A DNA stretch of 64,000 bases from a bacterium (lineage in GTDB: Bacteria > Patescibacteriota > Minisyncoccia > UBA6257 > Colwellbacteraceae), in assembly GCA_021787205.1 (NCBI GenBank), contig JAJYME010000007.1, positions 10,334-74,333 on the forward strand, read 5' to 3'. Position numbers and translations under genes: made by a program. This document shows positions 59,039 to 64,000 of the stretch, piece after piece. Within the stretch, counting starts at the first letter, position 1. Each line of letters opens with the position of its first letter. The notes under the pieces are model-generated. The model did not search any database and was not told the origin of the DNA. It was given only the letters and a program-made list of their open reading frames with translations.

Positions 59039-59359
59039 ATGAATTGGAAAAGAATAACCTTGATCTCTTTAGCAATTTTTACCGTTGGCATCATAACCAT
59101 AAGCTTCAAAGCCGGGACGCAAGACGAATTGAACTTCATCAAATCCATTGGCGCAATCCTAGTCTTTTTCTCCCTCCTATTCCCTCTCGTTGTCAAAGTC
59201 TGGGAAAGAAAGCACACTAGGCTCAGCAAGGCAATCTTGGGAATACTGGCCATCTTCTTCCTATTTCTTCTGGCGGCGGCGATAATGCCTAAGACTTCTT
59301 CCAAAACCGATACCGGCAAGAAACTGCCGGCCAAGACCACCCCGGTCAATAGACGATAA
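59039..59359 (+). CDS. Hypothetical small membrane protein (106 aa, 3 TM segments).
   Basis: ORF divergent from gatB; hydrophobic. Confidence 0.4.
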   Translation: MNWKRITLISLAIFTVGIITISFKAGTQDELNFIKSIGAILVFFSLLFPLVVKVWERKHTRLSKAILGILAIFFLFLLAAAIMPKTSSKTDTGKKLPAKTTPVNRR

Positions 59360-59385
59360 AATAAAGAAACATTATAATTAAGCAA

Positions 59386-59916
59386 ATGGATAAATTTTAC
59401 CGATTCGAAGTAAAAGACAAAATAAAGCTGATAAAGGACCTCGAGCAACTGGCCTTCAAGGAATCCGACCGCACCTACCACAGCAATGTCATTTTTGACA
59501 ACGAAAAGAAGGATGTAGCAAGCGCCGGCGGCAGAATCCGTTTAAGAATCGCCGGAATCGATGATAAGAAGATCAATGTCCAAGGAGAAGACAAACAGAG
59601 AGTCGACTTCCAGGAAGCCGAGAGCTTGATTGAGGAGAGCTTGGAAGAAGTCGGATTGGAGCCGGCAGACGGACACGAATTCTATGAAACCAAATGGTAT
59701 CTGGATGACACCTCGATCGCCTTGGATGAATTTCCTTTCGCCGATTTCGTGGAAATCAACGGAAAGGAAGAGGATGTCGAAATGCTTGTAAAAAAACTCG
59801 GCATGAATATCGACGAACACTTGATAGACACCCCAGACGATCTCTTTAATGTTTGGAGAGAAAAGCAGGGCTTGCCCTTCAAGGCTTATATGAGATTCAG
59901 CGACTATAACAAATAA
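59386..59916 (+). CDS. CYTH-domain protein (triphosphate tunnel metalloenzyme; class-IV adenylate cyclase / thiamine-triphosphatase-like).
   Basis: N-terminal RFEVKDK (EXEXK-like) and RIRLRI motifs typical of CYTH; acidic C-terminal half. Confidence 0.55.
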   Translation: MDKFYRFEVKDKIKLIKDLEQLAFKESDRTYHSNVIFDNEKKDVASAGGRIRLRIAGIDDKKINVQGEDKQRVDFQEAESLIEESLEEVGLEPADGHEFYETKWYLDDTSIALDEFPFADFVEINGKEEDVEMLVKKLGMNIDEHLIDTPDDLFNVWREKQGLPFKAYMRFSDYNK

Positions 59917-59946
59917 AAAGACGCCTTTCGGCGTCTTTTTTAATAT

Positions 59947-60372
59947 TTAGTCTGTAATGGTGATTCCCATTGAACGTGCAGTTCCGGCAACAATCTTTTC
60001 GGCGGCCTCAATATCATTGGCGTTCAAATCAGCCATCTTCTTCTCAGCGATAGCGCGGAGATCAGCTTTGGTGATTTTACCAACTTTATTCTTTTGAGGA
60101 ACGGCCGAACCTTTTTCGACATTCGCAGCCTTTCTCAAAAGATCGGAGGCTGGAGGAGTCTTTAAGATGAAGTCAAAGCTTCTGTCCTCAAAAACAGTGA
60201 TTTCGGCGGGGACGATGTCCGAGCCCATATCTTTAGTTCTGTCGTTGAATTGCTTACAAAATTCGGCAATATTGATACCGTGCTGACCAAGAGCAGGACC
60301 AACTGGAGGGGCAGGATTAGCTTTACCGGCTTTAATCTGCAGTTTTACAACTTTTTTAATCGCTTTAGCCAT
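59947..60372 (-). CDS. rplK: 50S ribosomal protein L11.
   Basis: [25 protein letters not shown] signature. Confidence 0.95.
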   Translation of the reverse strand: MAKAIKKVVKLQIKAGKANPAPPVGPALGQHGINIAEFCKQFNDRTKDMGSDIVPAEITVFEDRSFDFILKTPPASDLLRKAANVEKGSAVPQKNKVGKITKADLRAIAEKKMADLNANDIEAAEKIVAGTARSMGITITD

Positions 60373-60435
60373 TTTTTCTTAACTTGTTAAGTTTACTATA
60401 TTTTGAGCTTTTTTTCAAGGGGTATCCGCCTCAAG

Positions 60436-60999
60436 CTACATTTTCTGGATTTGGATGGCGTCAATCTCGACAGCCGTGTCCCTTCCGAAAATCGGAACCA
60501 GAACCTTGATTCTTCCCCTGCCCTCGTCGATCTCGGCAATCTTGCCATCAGAATCCTTGAAGGGACCGTCGGTAATCTTAACCAGATCGCCGACTTGGAA
60601 TTCAATCTTAGGAGCAGCTTCGGAAACTCCCTTCATCCTGAACATCAAGGCGTCAACTTCCTCCTTTGAAAGAGGAGAAGGAACGGTCGGATCAGGACCG
60701 ACGAAACCGGTGACTCTCGGAGTATTGCGGACAATATACCAAGTATCCGGAGACATCACCATCTCAACCAAAACATACCCCGGATAAATCTTTTCTTCAG
60801 ATTCTACCCTCTTTCCGTTTTTTATTTTTATTCTTTTTTCTTTGGGAACGATAATGTTGAAAATGCGATCGTCTACTCCCAACGATTCGATTCTTTGCTT
60901 CAAATATCGCTCGACGGCGTCTTCATACCCTGAGTAGGTATGAACGGCAAACCATTGTCTGGTTTCCTCAGCCGGATTGAGTATGCTTTTGTTGCTCAT
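60436..60999 (-). CDS. nusG: Transcription termination/antitermination factor NusG.
   Basis: WFAVHTYSGYE NGN domain and the C-terminal KOW domain (GDLVKITDGPFKD). Confidence 0.9.
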   Translation of the reverse strand: MSNKSILNPAEETRQWFAVHTYSGYEDAVERYLKQRIESLGVDDRIFNIIVPKEKRIKIKNGKRVESEEKIYPGYVLVEMVMSPDTWYIVRNTPRVTGFVGPDPTVPSPLSKEEVDALMFRMKGVSEAAPKIEFQVGDLVKITDGPFKDSDGKIAEIDEGRGRIKVLVPIFGRDTAVEIDAIQIQKM

Positions 61000-61029
61000 T
61001 TTAAATGTACTTAAATTTCTAAATTTGTT

Positions 61030-61215
61030 TTATTTTTGTATCAGCAATTGTCTGGCAAAATTAAAAACGTAATCAGCGGAACCGAGAATAAGGGCGAAGA
61101 AAGCGACAAAGGCGAAAACCACCAATGACATTCTCACAGTCTCATTCCAAGTCGGCCAAGTCACCTTCAACATCTCCGCCTTAATCGATTTTCCAAAGGT
61201 ACCAAGTTTCTTCAT
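61030..61215 (-). CDS. secE: Preprotein translocase subunit SecE.
   Basis: 61 aa single-TM protein (EMLKVTWPTWNE ...) immediately upstream of nusG, in the conserved secE-nusG-rplK order. Confidence 0.8.
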   Translation of the reverse strand: MKKLGTFGKSIKAEMLKVTWPTWNETVRMSLVVFAFVAFFALILGSADYVFNFARQLLIQK

Positions 61216-61256
61216 TGTATTTTTCTTAATATAAAATCTTTACGCCTGTTTGTCAA

Positions 61257-63182
61257 TTAGAAGTCGATGTCTTTGGCCGATTGGGCGTGGACCTGGATGA
61301 ACTTCTTGCGAGGCTCAACCTCACTGCCCATCAAAATGTCGAACATCTTGTCGGCTTCCTGGGCGTCAATGACATTCACAACCTTCATCGATCTCGTTTC
61401 CGGATTCATAGTCGTATCCCAGAGCTGATCGGGGTTCATCTCTCCCAAACCCTTATAGCGCTGGATACCGTCGGAAGGAATGTTTTGCTCCCTGGCGATC
61501 TTGTCTTTTTCCTCGTCGGTATAGACATACCAGATTTGTTTTCCGCGTTGCAGCCTGTAAAGAGGCGGCTGGGCGATATAGATATTGCCGTTTTCGACAA
61601 GTTTGGGGAAATGACGATAGAAGAGGGTCAGGAGCAAAGTCCTGATGTGGGCGCCGTCGACATCCGCATCGGTCATAATGACAATCTTGCCATATCTAAG
61701 CTTCGTGATATCAAAGTCAGTGGCAATCGCTGTCCCTAAGGCAACAATCAACGACTTCACTTCGTTATTGGAAAGCATTTTGTGCAACTGGGCTTTCTCG
61801 ACGTTCAAGATCTTTCCGCGCAAAGGAAGGATGGCTTGAGTCCTCCTATCCCTTCCCTGCTTGGCGGAACCGCCTGCGGAGTCTCCCTCGACGATAAAGA
61901 GCTCGGCCTCTTCCGATTTCCTAGTCTGGCAGTCGGCGAGCTTTCCCGGCAAGGTCAATCCTTCCAGGACGCCTTTTCTCATGACGGTGTCCTTAGCGGC
62001 CTTAGCGGCCTTTCTGGCCTTGGCAGCCAAAAGACATTTTTCCAAGATCTTCTTAGCATCCTGCGGGTGCTTCTCCAGATACTCCTTAAAAGACTCGGTG
62101 ACGACGCTTTCAACGGCTGGTCTCACATCCGGATTTCCAAGCTTGCCTTTTGTCTGGCCTTCGAACTGAGGTTCGGAAATCTTTACCGAGACAACAGCAA
62201 CGATTCCTTCGCGGACATCGTCACCAGAAAGATTGTCATCACTCTCCTTCAAGTAATTGATAGAGCGACCGTAATCATTCAAGGTTCTCGTAAGAGCAGA
62301 CCTGAAACCGGTGATATGAGTGCCGCCATCGATAGTGTTGATGTTGTTGCAGAAGCTGAGCTCCTTAACATCGACATCATCAGTATAAACAAAAGCGGTC
62401 TCCACCTCTCCTGCGGGAGTATCCTTCCTGACGTAAAAGACTTCGTCTTGGATCGGCTTCTCCCCTCCTTCGTTCAAATATTCGACAAAGGTCTTGACGC
62501 CGCCGGAGAAATTGAAGCCGTAATAATAGTTGGCTTCCCCGCGACGATCGATAAAGATCATCTTGATCCCGTTCGTGAGATAGGCTTGCTGCCTCATACG
62601 CTCAAGGATTCTCTTTCGGTCAAACTTAGTCTCGGAGAAGATGGTCGGATCAGGATGAAAAACAGTCGAGGTGCCGGTCGTGTTGGCGGAACCGACTTTT
62701 TTAACCTGGGCCTTCGGAACTCCCCTCTCGTACTCTTGGACATATAGGCCGCCATTCTGCCTGACTTCGACCCTGACACTGGTCGAAAGAGCGTTGACGA
62801 CGGAGGCGCCGACACCGTGCAAACCGCCGGAAACTTTATAGCCGCTGCCGCCGAACTTTCCTCCAGCGTGCAAGACGGTCATAACAGTCTCAAGCGCCGA
62901 CTTCTTAGTGGTCGGGTGGATATCGACTGGAATGCCGCGACCGTCATCGGTCACTTTGACCGATTCTCCCTCCAGGATTTCGACAACGATGTTTTTGGCA
63001 TAACCAGCCATCGCCTCGTCGATCGAGTTGTCGACGATTTCCCAAATCAAATGATGCAATCCGTCGATTCCGGTCGAACCGATGTACATACCCGGTCTTT
63101 TTCGGACCGGTTCCAAACCTTCCAAGACCTCAATATCTTTCGCGGAATATGAACTTTTTTTATCCTCTTTTTCTTTTGCCAT
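61257..63182 (-). CDS. gyrB: DNA gyrase subunit B.
   Basis: GHKL ATPase motifs (EIVDNSIDEAMAGY, DDGRGIP, GLHGVG) and the Toprim domain (EGDSAGGS ... DADVDG); 641 aa. Confidence 0.95.
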   Translation of the reverse strand: MAKEKEDKKSSYSAKDIEVLEGLEPVRKRPGMYIGSTGIDGLHHLIWEIVDNSIDEAMAGYAKNIVVEILEGESVKVTDDGRGIPVDIHPTTKKSALETVMTVLHAGGKFGGSGYKVSGGLHGVGASVVNALSTSVRVEVRQNGGLYVQEYERGVPKAQVKKVGSANTTGTSTVFHPDPTIFSETKFDRKRILERMRQQAYLTNGIKMIFIDRRGEANYYYGFNFSGGVKTFVEYLNEGGEKPIQDEVFYVRKDTPAGEVETAFVYTDDVDVKELSFCNNINTIDGGTHITGFRSALTRTLNDYGRSINYLKESDDNLSGDDVREGIVAVVSVKISEPQFEGQTKGKLGNPDVRPAVESVVTESFKEYLEKHPQDAKKILEKCLLAAKARKAAKAAKDTVMRKGVLEGLTLPGKLADCQTRKSEEAELFIVEGDSAGGSAKQGRDRRTQAILPLRGKILNVEKAQLHKMLSNNEVKSLIVALGTAIATDFDITKLRYGKIVIMTDADVDGAHIRTLLLTLFYRHFPKLVENGNIYIAQPPLYRLQRGKQIWYVYTDEEKDKIAREQNIPSDGIQRYKGLGEMNPDQLWDTTMNPETRSMKVVNVIDAQEADKMFDILMGSEVEPRKKFIQVHAQSAKDIDF

Positions 63183-63271
63183 TGCCTTTGTTTTTTCGCT
63201 GTTTCTAACTGAATTATTATAGCATTTTTAACCGGGTTTTCCAAATCAAAAAGAATCACGGAAAAACATAA

Positions 63272-63296
63272 AAACCCCGCTTTTTTCGGGGTTTTT
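63272..63296. terminator. Hairpin ccccg-cttttttt-cgggg with T-runs on both strands, between gyrB and pheT.
   Basis: Inverted repeat seen directly in the sequence. Confidence 0.5.
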
Positions 63297-63317
63297 ATTG
63301 ACATTATCACCTAATTG

Positions 63318-64000
63318 TTATCTGATCTCCACCTCTTGCAAGCTGGAGAGCTTCTTGAGGACTTTTTGGAGCTCAGCGTCAACCTCTTCGTCGGTCAAAG
63401 TTTTCTTAGCCGAACGAAAAACGAGACGGTAGGCGGCACTCCTCCTTTCTTTCTCTTCGTAGAGATCGAGAAGGCTGACGTCGATCAGATTATGCGGTTT
63501 CTCTTTCTCAATGATAGAGAGAATATCGCCAACTCCAGTCTTGCCATAAATCCAAAGCGATATGTCTCTGGAAACGGACGGGTATTCGGGAAGAGACTCG
63601 AACTTCTTGTCGGCCAAGAGATCATAGAGGTGATCCACCTTGATTTCGGCAACGCTCATGCAGCCGCCGTCATCAACGGTCATCTGACCGATCTTGATTC
63701 CTGACTTGGAGACGATCGCAAGACCGTTATCCTCATTTTCGAACCTGACTTTCCCGGCGCCAAGATAATCAAAGAGAGAAATGATCGAGCCCTTGAGCAA
63801 AATGAAAGCGTTCTTGTTTCCCTTTTCATAAATCGCCATCCCGAAACTCAATTCCTCGCTATCGATGTCGTTGAAGATCTTTGCTATCTCGAAGAGCCTG
63901 ATATTGGAGAAATTGTTCTTGTTGGATTCGATATTCTTCAAGAGTCCCCTTACGAGATTATTTCTCAAGAATTTCTTATCTTCGGCAATCGGGTTTATCA
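63318..64000 (-). CDS. pheT: Phenylalanyl-tRNA synthetase beta subunit, C-terminal part only; the 5' end runs off the window end.
   Basis: The frame stays open to position 64000 (the track's start at 63968 is a TTG). The C-terminal FDX-ACB-like region (YPSVSRDISLWI ... AAYRLVFRS) and B5-like segment match pheT. Confidence 0.7.
   Translation of the reverse strand, partial: INPIAEDKKFLRNNLVRGLLKNIESNKNNFSNIRLFEIAKIFNDIDSEELSFGMAIYEKGNKNAFILLKGSIISLFDYLGAGKVRFENEDNGLAIVSKSGIKIGQMTVDDGGCMSVAEIKVDHLYDLLADKKFESLPEYPSVSRDISLWIYGKTGVGDILSIIEKEKPHNLIDVSLLDLYEEKERRSAAYRLVFRSAKKTLTDEEVDAELQKVLKKLSSLQEVEIR

Noticed and set aside
1-64000. CRISPR arrays, IS elements and prophage
   Set aside because: No regularly spaced short repeats, and no transposase, integrase, recombinase or phage structural genes seen in any frame. 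The only repeats are the 114 bp module, the 24 bp direct repeat and terminator hairpins.

Overview
This 64 kb window is a densely coded chromosomal segment, roughly 45% GC, and its long ORFs are intact under the standard bacterial code. Most genes are housekeeping. There is a cell-wall and division cluster with several peptidoglycan hydrolases, the glycolysis genes pyk, gpmI and eno, and translation and DNA-handling genes on both strands. Two tRNA-Gln genes (CUG and UUG) are present. The polA, dnaX and pyk genes are all shortened forms, which points to a reduced-genome bacterium such as a CPR/Patescibacteria-like lineage; this is an inference. I found no CRISPR array, transposase or integrase. 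The parts not explained by ordinary annotation are: (1) a ~114 bp intergenic module present twice, 19.6 kb apart; (2) a candidate ~290 nt structured ncRNA that is transcribed from one copy of the module; (3) a small cytidylyltransferase gene bracketed by 24 bp direct repeats, looking like an inserted cassette; (4) an AT-rich ~3 kb islet encoding two large secreted proteins, one a beta-helix plus NlpC/P60 hydrolase whose N-terminus abuts the other module copy; (5) an unusually long 730 bp non-coding gap with strong hairpins; (6) several orphan or divergent genes and small-ORF candidates.
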